Made by a program: the position numbers and the translations under genes. 64,000 nucleotides of DNA from the human T2T-CHM13v2.0 reference genome, Homo sapiens. Shown piece by piece: positions 1 to 22,981 of this stretch. The stretch lies in the NCBI RefSeq assembly GCF_009914755.1, contig NC_060927.1. The stretch is one strand, 5' to 3'. Below the pieces are notes generated by a model. It was not told where the DNA came from. It saw only the letters and a list, made by a program, of their open reading frames with translations, and did not search any database. Numbering within the stretch: position 1 is the first letter of the stretch; the number at the start of each line of letters is the position of its first letter.

Positions 1-823
1 AAGAACCTTGAAAAAAGGTTAGACAAATTGCTAACTATAATGACCAGTTTAGAGCAGAACATAAATGACCTGATGGAGCTGAAAAACACAGCACAAGAAC
101 TTCATGAAGCATACACTGGTATCAATAGCTGAATCGATCAAGCAGAAGAAAGGATATCAGAGTTTGAAGATCAACTTAATCAAATAAAGTGTGAAGACAA
201 GATTAGAGAAACAAGAATGAAAAGGAATGAACAAAGCCTCCAAGAAATATGGGACTATGTGAAAAGACCAAACCTACGTTTGACTGGTGTACCTGAAAGT
301 GATGGGGAAAATGGAACTAAGTTGGAAAACATTCTTCAGGATATTTTCCAAGAGAACTTCCCCAACCTAGCAGGACAGGCCAATATTCAAATTCAGGAAA
401 TACAGAGAATGCCACAAAGATACTCCTCTAGAAGAGCAACCCCAAGACACATACATAATCCTCAGATTTAGCAAAGTGGAAAAGAAGGAAAAAATGTTAA
501 GGGCAGCCCAAGAGAAAGGTCAGGTTACCAACAAAGGGAAGCCCATCAGACTAACAGCAGATCTCTCTGCAGAAACCCAACAAGCCAGAAGAGAGTGGGG
601 GCCAATATTCAACATTCTTAAAGAAAAGGATTTTCAGCCCAGAATTTCACATCCAGCCAAGCTAAGCTTCACAAATGAAGGAGATATAAAATCCTTTACA
701 GACAAGCAAATGCAGAGAGATTTTGTCACCACCAGGCCTGCCTTACAGGAGCTCCTGAAGGAAGCACTAAATATGGAAAGGAAAAAACGGTACCTGCCAC
801 TTCAAAAACACACCAAATTGTAA
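1..823 (+). pseudogene. L1 ORF1p C-terminal part, disrupted
   Basis: Two ORF pieces (217-471, 476-823) translate to ORF1p. A 4-bp duplication near 450-458 (CACATACATAATC) shifts the frame. Native stop TAA at 821-823. Confidence 0.9.
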
Positions 824-885
824 AGACCATTGATACAATGAAGCAACTGCATGAACTAGCGGGCAAAAAACCAGCTAGCATTATA

Positions 886-4683
<3,798 letters not shown>

Positions 4684-6006
4684 ACAATGAGAAAACATGG
4701 ACACATGGAGGGGAACGTCACACACTGGGGCCTGTCAGGGGGTGGGGGGGCTAGGGGAGGCATAGCATTAGGAGAAATACCTAATGTATATGACAGGTTG
4801 ATGGGTGAAGCAAACCACTGTCGCACATGTATACCTATGTAACAAACCTGCATGTTCTGCACATGTATCCCAGAACTTAAAGTATAATTAAAAAAAGATT
4901 TAATAATATGAAACAGGTACCGTCTATTCTGGATTGCATTGACCAATTGGAGAAGATGCCAGCCATCTGTAACTGCTAAAAATATATGGATACATCCGAT
5001 CTGAATCACTTGCTTATTAAATATTATATTTTAGGATAACTAACTCCAAACACAATATAGAATAAACGTATCATTTGCTAAAAATATAATTTAAATATGA
5101 TATGTGTATTGCATGAACAAATATAGTGCTGTGGTTCCCAAGTAAGATGAGGAAGAAGACTTTGTCTTTCTCCTGCCCACTCTCGTTCCCTTCCAGGGGC
5201 TCTAAGTCAACATTGACTGCATATTTAGTTTTAAAAAAGCATATTCAAATTATCGGGCTATGTTTGCTAGCATGCAGTTTACATTGAGATCATTTACTAA
5301 TTGGCAGGACAATAAGCTTGATTATAAAGTCACTTAAGGTAAGGCTGCATTCTATTTTTTTTTGGAGTTTATAGAATTTATATGCTTCTGTCAAGCAAAT
5401 CAGCCAGTTTCACTCTCCACAATCAAAATTAAAGATAAATGTGTATCTTGTTATTATTGAAAATTATCTTTGGTACTAATTTGTGAGAAGTCCAGATAAC
5501 ATTGATTAAGGGAATGAGATTTTGATTTTTATCTAAGGGAAACCTGAATTTAAAGTTTCGATAAGTTCTGATGCTAACTAATATTCTTCCTTCACTAAAG
5601 AGAGGAATAATGCCTAAACTGAAAGTTTACAAGGGAAATTCTAAATTCCATTCTGTCCTCTGTCTTATTGGATATCCATCCAGGTTCTCTCTGAGTCAAC
5701 CTTGTGCTCTACCTTCACGGAAGCATTTAGTTTTCACACAGGACAGGAAAACAAATGAGTCTGTGTTTTTAAAGGTGTAGCAATAGAAATAAATCTGTCC
5801 TCGGGCAAATATCCCTTATCCTTTTCTGTGACGTGCTCTTCTGTGGGTTTGCCTGTACTTGCCTTTTATAGCCACAGCGTGATTATATTAGTGTGTGAAT
5901 GCCTTAGCAAAGAGCCAACGGTAGCAGCAGCCTGCATTAGGCCCAAGATCTACAACGAAACCAGCAAGGGCCAATTGAGAGTTCTGGGCTATAGTAATCC
6001 TGATTG

Positions 6007-9649
<3,643 letters not shown>

Positions 9650-9742
9650 GATTGAATCACCTCTCACCAGGCCCAACCTCCAACATTGAGGTTTACAATT
9701 GAAAATGAGATGTGAATGTCGACACAGATCCAACCCATATCA
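9650..9742 (-). mobile_element. Terminal ~93 bp of an MST-type MaLR LTR
   Basis: AATCACCTCTCACCAGGCCCAACCTCCAACATTGAGG..ACACAGATCCAACCCATATCA matches the reverse complement of an MST LTR 5' end (TGATATGG..). Confidence 0.8.
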
Positions 9743-9862
9743 CACTTCAATTTAAAAACAAAGATGCCAGCACAATTACAAATGCACAACTAAATGTTGA
9801 TTATACAGAGCATTTTCAATTTTAGGATGCTACATTGGTTTAAGTGAAAAGATGGAAAATAC

Positions 9863-9865
9863 GTG

Positions 9866-9896
<31 letters not shown>

Positions 9897-9910
9897 TTGA
9901 GTGTGTGTGT
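9863..9910. repeat. (GT)n microsatellite, interrupted
   Basis: Seen directly. Confidence 0.95.
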
Positions 9911-9959
9911 ATTTTCCATACTTTCTACATATATATACATACCACTCAAACATTACCCA

Positions 9960-10250
9960 AAAGATAACTGGTGTGGTTATATAAATATCGAACAAAGTAG
10001 ATTTTTAAGGCAAGAAGCATCATGAGAGACAGAGATATTTTATAATGACAAGAGAGTTGATTTCAACTGGATGATAAACAATCCTAGAGTTGAGTCAACC
10101 TGAATACCTTTGAAATATATGGAAAAAGTTGACTAAAATCTCTGAGGATATGGGTAAAGTCACAATCATAGTTGAAGATTTTTTTAAGTTTTATAGAGTA
10201 ACCAAAATACAATTGATGTTGCAAAGAACTTATATTTAAATTATACAATT
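9960..10250 (+). mobile_element. Ancient L1M ORF2 (endonuclease region) fragment
   Basis: ACAAAGTAGATTTTTAAGGCAAGAAGCATC..TTTTATAATGACAAGAGAG..CACAATCATAGTTGAAGATTTT resembles old L1 ORF2. Confidence 0.6.
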
Positions 10251-10269
10251 TGATAAATTTTAAAACATG

Positions 10270-13200
10270 TATACAGCCATTAAACTATAAGCACAAAGAA
10301 GACAATAAACATATCCAGCAGTTAACTACCCCAGGTTTAGTCATGTCCCAGCTTAATCCCTCTTCCTCACTTCTCCTTGCCTTCCTTATCTCCAGACAAC
10401 CACTAATTAATCTACTTTTGGTTATTAAAGATTAGTTTGCATTCTCTAGAAAAGACTGTTACATGAATGAAATTATATAGTTTGTACTCATTCATTGTTG
10501 GAATTTCATTTAGCATAATTATTTTGAATTTTTTTCATATTGTATTTATCAGTAATCTATTTTTATTGTTGAGCAGAAGTTTATTGATTTGGCATATCAA
10601 ATTATTTATATCCATTTATTGTTGATAGGCATTTGGATTGTTTCTACTTTATGGCTATTAATACATAAGATTGCTATGAACATACGTGTACAAATCTTTG
10701 AGTGCACTCAAGCTTTCATTTATCTTGAAATATCTAGGAGTGAAATGATTGGATCATATGCTTGGTGTACAATTAACTTTTTAAGAAACTGCCAAACTTA
10801 TCTCTAAAGTGATTGTATCATTTTACATTCCTACCAGCAGTGCATGGGAAGTTCTGGTGTTAAATATTTGCACAAATGCTATATTTTAATTCCAATGGCT
10901 ATGTAAAGGTATCTGATTGTAGTTCAAATTTAGATTTCCTTAAGGATTAATGATGTTGGGTACCTTTTCATATGCTTATTCTCCCTCAGTATATCATCTC
11001 TGGTGAGGTGTCTATTCATGTCTTTTGCCCATGGTATCGGTTTCACTGACTTCATATAATAACTTGGAAAGTATTCTATCTTATTCAAATTCCTGGAAGA
11101 TTATCTCTAATATTGTTATTATTTTTCCTTAAATGCTTGGTAGAATTTACCAGTGAAGCCATCTAGGCATAGAGTTTCTTTTGTGAGAATATTTTTTTTA
11201 ACAACAAGGCCATAATTAATATATATAGACAATTGTCATTATCTATTTCTTTTTGATTAAACATTGGTGCTTTGTGTCTTTCTGAGAATGTACCAATTTC
11301 ATTTCTACTGTCAAATTTATTGACATAATTTTTTTTGTAATATTTTCATATTATCTTTTAAATATCTGTAGAATTCCTGATATTGGAAAATTTTGTCTTC
11401 ATTCCTTTTCCCAATAAATTTGGCTAGAGGCTAACTGATTTTATTCACATTCTCTAAGAACCAGATTTTAATTTTACTAAATTTTCTCCATCAGTTTTTA
11501 TTTTCTTTTAAATCATTTATGGTCTTATAATTATTATTTCCCTCTGTTGACTTTGCATTTTATTTCCTCTTCTTTTTTTAATTTGTTAAGGTAGATTCTG
11601 AGGTCATCGATTTGAGATTTTTTAGTGTGATAAATTTTCATCTAAATATTGTAAAACTGGGATAAACCATTTTTGATCATATTTATAATCCCTTTTATAA
11701 TTGCTGAACTTATTTTGCTAATGTTTTGTTAAGAATATTTGAATCTATGTTCATAAGCAATATTGGTTTATTGTTTCCTTGCAATGTCTTTCATTTTACT
11801 AACAGGTTAATAATAGTCTGTTAAAATGAATTGGGAAATATTACCTCCTCTTCTGTTTTCTGAAAATTTTTGTGTAGAATTGATATTATTTATTTCATTA
11901 ATGCTTGGTAGAATTCAAAATGCAGCCTTCAGGGCATGTTGTCATTGTGGGAAAATTATTTAACTAGGCTCTCAATTTCATTAACTGATACAGAGTTATT
12001 CAGCTTATCTATTTCTTCTTGTCTGAGCTTTGCTACTTTGTGTCTTTTAACTAATTTGTTTGTATAAAGCTATGAATAATATTCTGATATTATCCTCTAA
12101 TATCTATAGGATTTAATGTGTTTCCCTTTTTTAACCCCTGACAATGACAGTTTTGTCTTCCTTTTCCCTTGTTCTGTCTGGCTAGATATTAATCAATTTT
12201 ATTGATCACTTCAGAGAGCCAACTTCAGATTTTATTGAGTTTTCTCAGTTTTTCTCCTGTTTTCTATTTCACTGATTTTTTGCTGGTATCTTCATGATTT
12301 CCTCTTCTCTTGCTTTGAGCTTAATTTGTCCTTCTTTAGCTGCTTTTGGAGCTTAATTTGTCCTTCTTTAGCTGCTGTATTAACTGATTTAAGACCTTTT
12401 TTTATGTTCTAACATGATTTCTCTGAATTTTCCTCTAAGCCTACTTCGTGAGAGTTTCCTGCCCTTCCCCAGTGATAGCACTACACATCAGCTTTATGTC
12501 TGTGCAGTGCAGGATTCTGTGCCCACCTCTGGGGCAGGCGGCTTCTGATTTACTGCTCTTTCAGTGGCAGTATGCCTTTGCCTGGGCCTGGTGGCAGGTG
12601 GGATGTTGTTTGTTTCTGTGGTCAACGCTTTTGGCAGATGAGTATTCCTGTTTCTCACATAAATGCGGTTAGCTTTTGGTTTTAAGACTCCCTCAGCAGC
12701 AGTTTACCCTTACCTAAAACGGAGGTGAGAGTGTTTTTTTTTACTTCCCCAAGAGGCAGACAGCTTTTGTTTTTACCCCTCCCTCAGAGGTAGTGGATCA
12801 TTTATTGAACCCTGGTTGGAAGAGTGTTTCCTTCCTCTCTATACAGCTGAGGGCTTTGGCTTTCTAAGAGAGCAGGTTCTAGGAAGTAGATGGTGTTTCA
12901 CGCCTTTGCCCTAAAAAGGAGGACTTTCTAAAGCCTCCTGTCGTGACCCCATGAACACATGGTTGAGAGCCACAAAAAAGTGATTTCAATGAGTGCAAAC
13001 TACACTTTGGTCTGGGGCTCCCACAGATTTTAAAGTGTCATACTATTCCAACTTTAGCAATACGTATGTGTTATATCATTACCCTTTCTTTTTACTGGCA
13101 TATGGTGGCCATCCCTTTCTCCAATGCTCTACATATGGGAAAACAGTTTGCGTCCTGTATCTCCTCAGAAGAGTTTATTACCCTCTGGCATTCAGTTTAT

Positions 13201-13310
13201 CTGGATGCCTTTTGACCTGGGCTCTCTTTTTGGCTAAGGAGCAGTTTTAATTTTGGAGATTACCTGGATTTTTCTGTTCTTATGGGACTAATATTCTCTT
13301 TCCTATCTTC
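10270..13310 (-). mobile_element. Cluster of ancient L1M (L1MC/MD/ME-type) fragments: 3' end, ORF2 pieces, probable 5' region
   Basis: T-rich antisense L1 motifs: GGCATTTGGATTGTTTCTACTTT, GCTATGAACAT, TGGTAGAATTTACCAGTGAAGCCATCT, TTTTGCTAATGTTTTGTTAAGAATATTT. Confidence 0.7.
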
Positions 13311-13366
13311 GTTTATGCATAATATTGATAAGAAAATCTGGAAATAAATTTAAATAAATAAAATAT

Positions 13367-14550
<1,184 letters not shown>

Positions 14551-15762
14551 CAGGTAAAGCAAAGTAGTCATAAAGTTGTGTGCTCATGATAATACCTACC
14601 CTCCACCTCATAGGGTCCATTAAGGTATGACTTCCCCCAGACCCAAGGGCCGGAGTAAGAAGGAGTAGCCAAGACAGAAACCATAGTCTTTTATAACCTA
14701 ATCTTTTTATTTTCTCTTTGCTTCTAGATTAACCAACCTGGCTTTGACATGTTCTCCCTCATGTGATGCTACAACTCTCAATTAGATTACTATAAAATTT
14801 TATTGTTGCCCCAAGAACACTTCTACCTCTTTGAGAAGATTTAGTATGTGTTGTTCTTAATGTTTAATTATTGGATGAAAATCTTCTATCAAGTTCTTTG
14901 GGGACCAAAATTTTTGTTACCCAATTATGAAACTGTAGCCATATTGTATTTTACTGAATCTCAAGAGATTCTAATCAATATGTCACATTTTAATTCAACC
15001 ATTTTCTTCACTCTAGTTATTTATCTTATTATGACTACTTGACACTAGTGATGAGTGTTAAGCAATTTTTTCAATTGCCTTTTTTGAGAGGAAAGAGTGG
15101 AATAGGGAAAGTAGTAATTTTAAACCAGCCTCTGAATCTTTATGTAGTATCTAGAAATATACGATTTTAAACTGACTTTAGGATGAAAGCCATATGGCAT
15201 AAAAATATCACAAGTCTAGTTTTCATATATTTTTTGTAGATATATACATATGCATACACATAAATATGTATAACTTTAAAATAATTTATTCCCATATTAT
15301 GTGGTACATTGAAGATTTATAACTTGGGTAGTGTATATTCTGTTCACTTTACATTGAAGAGCCTTATTCATAAATATTAAGAGCAAAGTGATACTTTGAT
15401 AAACCATTCTTACCATAGAAAGATATGCTGGTAAACCTTAATTTTTTAGTAGAGGTTTGTGGAGAAAGGAAGAGAAAATAAAACATCCCCTTAAAAAGTA
15501 AGTGAACTAAATATTGCAATGAACTCAAAACATAAACAGTGATTTATTTTTAAAAATATTACCTCTCATTAAAATTGAATAAATTATTCATGTGACCACA
15601 ATATGACAAAATTGTTTTCCATGAATTTCCTAGCAATAATTTTATATTTCTTGCTGCATCAAATATAAATGCCAGAAGAAATGATATGTGAACACTTTAT
15701 ATAGTAAATACTTCAGTTTCTTTGAAAAGAAATCTTTATTGCTTAATTATATACACGCCCGC

Positions 15763-15862
15763 ATATATATATATAAAACTCTATATACACACATATATAC
15801 ACACAGACATACAATACACACACAAATACATATACACACAAATATATATATACACACACATA
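15763..15862. repeat. (TA)n/(CA)n compound microsatellite
   Basis: Seen directly. Confidence 0.9.
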
Positions 15863-16124
15863 TAGTTTTGCATGGCATAACGTTTCAGCCAAAAGCAGAT
15901 TGCATATGACAGTAGTCCCATAATATTATAATGAAGCATATATAGAAACTTAATATACGACACATGATATTGTCATTGCAGATCAAATAAGGGAAATGAT
16001 TGAAATTCAGTAATAGAGCAGGGACATAGAGTGCAATTACACTCTATGATGTTCACACAACGATAAAATTGCCAAACGACACATTTCTCAGAATGAATTC
16101 CCATCACTAAGTGATACATGACTA
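15863..16124. mobile_element. Tigger3/MER7-like non-autonomous TcMar-pogo DNA transposon
   Basis: Ends resemble CAGTCATGC..CATAACG and ..CATTTCTCAGAATG..CTAAGTGATACATGACT; TA at the left flank. Confidence 0.75.
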
Positions 16125-17094
16125 GATTTCTCATGTTATGGTTGACGTATATTCAGTTTCTAAAATCAAGAGAAATTAAAAATATAAGAAAAGTAGCCCT
16201 CAAAATTTAAGGAATGCATAACAATTTGCATGATGACAAGTTCATTTGGGAATATCAAGTTTTTTACCCCAACTTTTGGGAATCATAAAGCCAGAAAGTA
16301 GGGCTCTTACAAGGAGAGTAAGAAATTCCTATGAACCCTCTCCGGTCACAGTCAGGAGTTACCACAGGGTACTCCTAAATTTATTTTTAATTTTTCTAAA
16401 ATAAGAGAATCAGTTTCCTTAAAAATGACTTCAACAATTTAATTATTGCTTGAAATCATATAAAATGCTTTTAAAATAGTTTTCAAAATATGACTTTTTA
16501 CTGACAAAAGCATGAATATGCATAGTAGGTTTTTATTGCATAATGACACATTCTTGCATATTTGCTAATTAATAATGATTTTTTAATAGTCCAGATATTT
16601 AGGACTACGTTTCCCTTCCTACTTAGAAGCCAGTTTTAAGTTAGCTGTATATACATTACTCTGAATGTTTACATTATCTCCACAAGGTTGACATTCTGTG
16701 AAAAGGTAGGAATTAAGTAGACTTAAGTCATATTGGGGCTGCAATTTCCCAAGTCATAATAAAAAGAGAGAATATTTATTCTCAACTCCATTGTAAGAAG
16801 AATATGGAGACTTCAAAAGGAATATCTATAATTGTCCCCTATGCCGTCATTGGTTCATATGTGGAAAAGTTCTGAATGTATTAAAATGTTTGTTCCAGTC
16901 CAAATCAAACTGTGTAGTATATAAGCACCCTTTCTTTCTCTGCTCACTACAACCAAGCCCTAACCATAAATTGGGTGATACAGGAAATCAACAAGAGAGA
17001 GTTTAATAGTTAATTATTAATATAGTAAAAATATGCCTGCCCAAGCCAGCCAATTGATACCACAAACAATGAAGTCTGTATATGTATACCTATC

Positions 17095-17450
17095 TCCTTA
17101 GGCTCACTGTGCAAGTTCTACAGAATGTATAGACACTAGCAGAATTGCTAGTATGAAGCGTATGAGCATGTTCAGTTCTGCCAGGTATCACCCAATTGCT
17201 TTCAAAAATTGTACCAATTTACACTCTCACCAGCAATATAGGAGTTGTCATTTTCCTATATCTTTGCAAAAGTTCAATATCTGACTTTTCAACTCTTGTC
17301 AATCTGATGAATGTAAAATGGTATTGAACTGTTGTGTTTGCATTTCCTGATTACACATCAGGCTGAACATCTTTTGGACATGTCCCATATCCCTTGCTAA
17401 TTTTTAATTAGGATATCTGTCGTTTTCTTATTGATTTTGGATAATTTTCT
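17095..17450 (-). mobile_element. L1ME 3' fragment
   Basis: TTGTACCAATTTACACTCTCACCAGCAAT, TTTGCATTTCCTGATTAC. Confidence 0.65.
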
Positions 17451-17583
17451 ATGAATTAAACTTCTATAAAAATTACATTAACTGAGTTAAGAGACCATTG
17501 AAGATTGGGAAAATGTTTGAGAAAATCATTCTTCTTTTTCACAGTAGCAGATTTTGTTAGTTGAAAACCTCATATCCACTGCC

Positions 17584-18130
17584 TGTAGAGACAGTGACAG
17601 ATTATCTATTGTCTCCTCATTATTCATTCTCTCTTTCTTACCAACAGAACCTGATTTAAATGGAGGCTGTACTTCTTGGCTGTCTTTGTATGGGAGATCA
17701 TGTTACACAAGGCTGCCCAATAGAATACAAGTATGAGTTGCTGTTTAGAAATTATGGAAAGACTCCTTAAGTAGAGTCAGACTTAACTGGAATGTGTATT
17801 TGACCCTCCGTCTTCCTTCTTACCTTTTCTGCTTGGAACATGGCCTCAATGATCAGATATGGTGACCATGAGAGTGAAAGCCACACCCTGAGGCTGAAGG
17901 TGAAGAAAATGCAAGGAGACTGGAGTATTGAAGGCATTGTGGAGTGGCTGCACTGGTCCTGAGGTGTCAACCTCAAAATCTTTACTCAGGTAAACTGATG
18001 ATAGATTCAGTGACAAGTAACACCCCAGGGTTATCAGAGATGGGGACTTCACAGAAAACACAACAGGTAAAAATGTTTGCTTCTGTGAAGCTTAGGTTCC
18101 AGTTTGGGGAGACAGACTATAAATACACCG
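17584..18130 (+). mobile_element. Old MLT1 (J/K-like) MaLR LTR
   Basis: GTGACCATGAGAGTGAAAGCCACACCCTGAGG..AAGGAGACTGGAGT..GGCATTGTGGAG motifs. Confidence 0.55.
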
Positions 18131-18224
18131 CTGAATAAATAGGTAATATAGGGAAAGGTAAGTTAAATAAAGAAAAAATAGGCAAAATAAGGGGGCTGCC
18201 AGTTCTAAGTGTCTGAGGGTTGGC

Positions 18225-18490
18225 AGAGAGGTGGCATCTTCTTAGATAGACTTATCAGTAAGGCTTTTCTAATAAGGGGATGCCCAAGTACCTGAACAAA
18301 GTGAGGAAATAACCCAGAGCACTCAGGTGAAGGGTTTCACGTGGAGAGGTTATCAAGGGTAAGGGCTTCTAGGGAGACTGACAAGCAAAGGAGGTGTGAA
18401 GGTGTGAGGGTGAGTGGGAGAGAATAGGTGGGAGACCAAGCTTGGGGTCCATACTATGTTGGTCCTAATAAGGAACTTTGATTCTTTTGA
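18225..18490 (-). mobile_element. L2 fragment
   Basis: Purine-rich antisense L2-like sequence ending AATAAGGAACTTTGATTCTTTT. Confidence 0.45.
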
Positions 18491-18655
18491 GGACTAGATA
18501 AGATACAAATGATATATAAAGTGTCTGGCAAATAGCTTGCTTCTAACATAGAAAAGTAAAGGTTCTATACAGTTTGTATGCCAATATTCTTTGAGCTACT
18601 TGGAGGCCAGAGAACTTGCAGTCTAGTAGTGTCTGAATTAAAGAAGGGGTCTCTT

Positions 18656-19075
<420 letters not shown>

Positions 19076-20088
19076 CTAGGTAACTCTGGGTAGTGCAAAT
19101 CAGCATAATCACATATGGTGGCCCTGAAAGACTAGCATTACTCATTTTATTTCGAGCTCTGAATATAATCTGCAGTTCTAAAATCATGAACATGGAACAT
19201 ATTTATAGATGTCTCAAATTATTATGCAAGTCTAGTCATTTGAACATTCCATCAACAAGGTACCATCATTGTTGTCCTTACTTTTTATGGGAATATTTTA
19301 AACAAGGAAATGCTTATATTTGCAAAGCCTTGTATAATTTTTTTATTCAAGATTTTTTTCTAAAGAATTGTGAATGAGGTTTTTAATACATCTATGTCAG
19401 TGAAATAATAGATAGGGAATAAATAGGTGACACAGCATACTTGCTTTCCTCTCCTTACTACCTTTTGGTAGTGGATGATTTTCTTTTTCTTACATGAGGT
19501 AGTTATTATCACATACTGGTAGTACCACTAACCCTTTCTTGAAACATCATTTACATTTTAGTGCCACTTTTGTATTATACAAGCATTTTAAACTCAAGGA
19601 TGATATAGAGATTGTAAATTCCCAGGATGTGAGGTACTTCCTTTCACCATGATTAATACTTTTGGCAGGAAGGATGGAATAAAGAATATTGTACATGCCA
19701 GAATTTTATAGTCACTCAGTGTACCCTGGGGGGTGGAAGTTGCAAGAAAGCTCATATTCCTGCCCTCTTTATATATACATCTATTTTTTTTGTTGAAAAA
19801 ACAGAAGTTCAATAGGTCCATGAAGAGATTACTGAGTCTGCTAGGTCCTGCTGGTGCATACCTGCTGAGACAGGGTAGAAGGTCACACAGTTATCCTCAC
19901 CATGCTCCAAGGAGGAAGCCTGCTGTGGCTAAAGTATGTGTTCTTATTAAATATATATTGTAAAGTACCTCTGTTGATACTGTTAAATTCCTACCATTAA
20001 AAAGTTGCATATAGTGAACGCAGCTAAGTTAATGTTTCCGTAAGAACCTTAGTGTTAAAACTTGCTTAATATGACATTAATCTAGGAT

Positions 20089-20112
20089 TTTGTTTGTTTG
20101 TTTGTTTGTTTT
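20089..20112. repeat. (TTTG)n
   Basis: Seen directly. Confidence 0.9.
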
Positions 20113-22981
20113 GCTTTGGCACAGACAAAAACACATACCATGAATACATGTGTAATTTTAAATGTTTGTAAAATCATAACAAACTACGCTGAGAACATAC
20201 ATCTTTATGGTGTCATTTGTGTTGGGCAAAGCTTGGTTTCCCTATTAACAATATAACTGAAGTTCTCACAGCTTTCTGCCAGTTTGTGGAAAGGTCTTGA
20301 TTCCTATACACAGATTCAGTTGTCTTTGAAAGGAAAATAACAAAAACAACCCAACTGGTTATATGCTATACATATAACCAGGCTCAAAGTGTGCATTGTA
20401 AATTCTGTTGGTATAAATCTGACTTGAAGAATGTCTATTTACAGTGGTTTTATTGAATGCTTGTTCTTAATATAGGCAAGTGAAAGCTGTGGTATTAAAT
20501 CTAAAATATTTTAAAATGGAACCACAGAGCATGACTTTGATTTACCATGGCAGATGTTTCTGATTCTAGATTCAAGAGTCAGTAGGTTTTAACACAACTA
20601 CAAAGCTCTAAAGAACTATAATGCCAATAGTTGATCTAAAAAAATAGGAAGTATTAATCTTTGTAGATTTTAATGTCTTAAAAGTATTAAAATTATAAAA
20701 AGTCAAGTTTATCAGAATGAAGTGAATGAATTAATGTTATGTATATGTTCTATGACTTGTTTATAATTCTAATATTTAAACCAACCTTTTAAAAAGACTA
20801 ACTTTTAGAATTACCATAATATTTAAGATTAAATCTTGCTTAGATGGTGGGTTTTTTCCTCTCTGGCATATGAACCGTTTACTTCTAAAATAAAGCTATT
20901 TTATCCCTTGTCATCACACAGCCATAAAAATTGCAGGCAGTCAGAAGTTAGCAATGGCTGCTTCACAGACCCACAGCAATACTTAGTAACAGATTTTCAA
21001 AGCAGTTCAAAGAGTCCAGTTTCCATCTGTGTTTGGTGAAGGATGCACAAACCTTGAGGCCATCTGAAAACTCAGCTTCATCTCTAACACTTGGAATAAC
21101 AAAGGTGTTATTTTTCAAAGCTGCATTCTCCCCTCCTGGGGTGGCTCTGCAGATTCAGTTCAGGGAAGGTGGGAAACTTCAGAGCAGGTATTCTCCTTCT
21201 AGACTTTGCCTCCTTCGGGGAGTTCTTTTGAGGGTGTTACAATGGTGGCCTCCTGAACATGGGTTACTGCCAATAGAGGCCAAGAGTTAATGAACCTTAT
21301 AGACAAATCCCTTCTTCTGATTTTCTGAGCAAAATATCAGCATAGAACCAGCCATCTCGTTTCTTCCGGACTAGGAGTGCTGTTTAATCAGGAGAAAGTA
21401 GAGGGTGCTCTCTGCCTACAATAAACTCATGATTGCTGAATGATGATAATGTCTCCATTTCATTCAGCTGATTTTGTGAAACCAAAGCAGGAAATCGTTG
21501 GGAAAGAAATGGTTGAACATCCTTGTTTACAGTTTGCTATAAATACATGCCAAATTTCACTGAAAAAAATTGCATATCTTTCCTTTTTTTGTTTATCAGT
21601 CTATGTATTGATTGTCTGGCACCCTTTTTGATACAGTGTGTTTCTAAAGACTATGTAACATAAAGTTAATATGCAATTAATGAGATATAATGGAAATATA
21701 GATATTTATTTGCTATCTTTTTATCACTCAAACTAAGATGGCAAAGTCAAGTCAAGAAGAACATAAGCAGTTTGCTCTTTAGTTCTTTGAATTCAGCTCA
21801 TGTCTCAGAACTTCTCTAGGATTATATTTTAAATTGATTTTACATAATTCAAAGCAATCTCAAATGATTCTTCATTGAAATCCAAATTCCAGTAACTACA
21901 GGTATAGTTTTACTTAGGAATATTTTATTTGAAAATATATTTTCATAAAACCACAGGTTGATATGTCATAAAACACGTTTATAAGAACCAGAAATTTTAT
22001 TTTATAGGGCTGACAAAAATATACCTTAATGTGAGAAAAAAGATTGAGTGAGGTGATAGAACTTATGCATAAAGATTATAATATCCTTATTGTATCAACA
22101 TTGTTTCTTGTTTTTTTTTAAAAAAACTTCTTCATAAATAAGACCTCTTCATAAATAAAAATGTACTCATTTCATAAGTAAAATATATATTTACTTGATA
22201 AAGAAAACTGAGAAAATTAGTAAATTAAAAATTTTTGCTTTTGACCTCACATTAAAAAATATTTTGATATGGCAAAGCCTACTGTCTGAAGTAAAACAAG
22301 AGATTGTTCATGGTAACATTTAAGATATAAGTAAGGTATATAAAAACAGATGCATTGGCATCAAGCTGTGAACTTCTTTTTCAGGAGACTGGGATAGATG
22401 GGGATCAAGCAAAGCTTTACTTCTCTCAAGTTTCCAGTCATATTCCCATTCACTCTGAAGGCAGAGTAGAAACAGCAATAGTGTCAAATGTGGAATGGCC
22501 GAGAACAAGACTGCTATTTATAGAGAGCCAACATGAAAGAGGATATAATGACCAATTTTTTTCTGCTTTTTTGCATGTGGAACTATCTTTACTCACTTAC
22601 CAATTCTTCACTATCAATGCCTGTACAAAGAATGCTAAAATAAAGGGGATAGCAAGAAGAAGTCATAAAGAGAATATGCATTAAAGGAGGGCAACCACAA
22701 AACAAGATAAGGTACCTAAGAGCTCATAGTAAATGTATTGTCATTTGAGAATCCAGTTTTTGCAGTTCAATTCATGCTAAAACAGTTGTTTTAAATGTAT
22801 TATGATTTTTAAATTCCCTGCATCTTCTCAGTAATATCTTTGAGTCTTATTTTATTAAAATTATAATTTCTGCTCCTAAAATATTATTTTAGTGATCATG
22901 CTGACATTAAAGGCATTAATGGCGATTCTAAATCACTTTGTTTTCTCATGGGCTTCTATACAAATTAAATTTTAGGAACTA

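Noticed and set aside
22127-22180. Short TCTTCATAAATAA repeat; also TTATACCAC twice near 29611
   Set aside because: Small slippage duplications that are common in AT-rich DNA.
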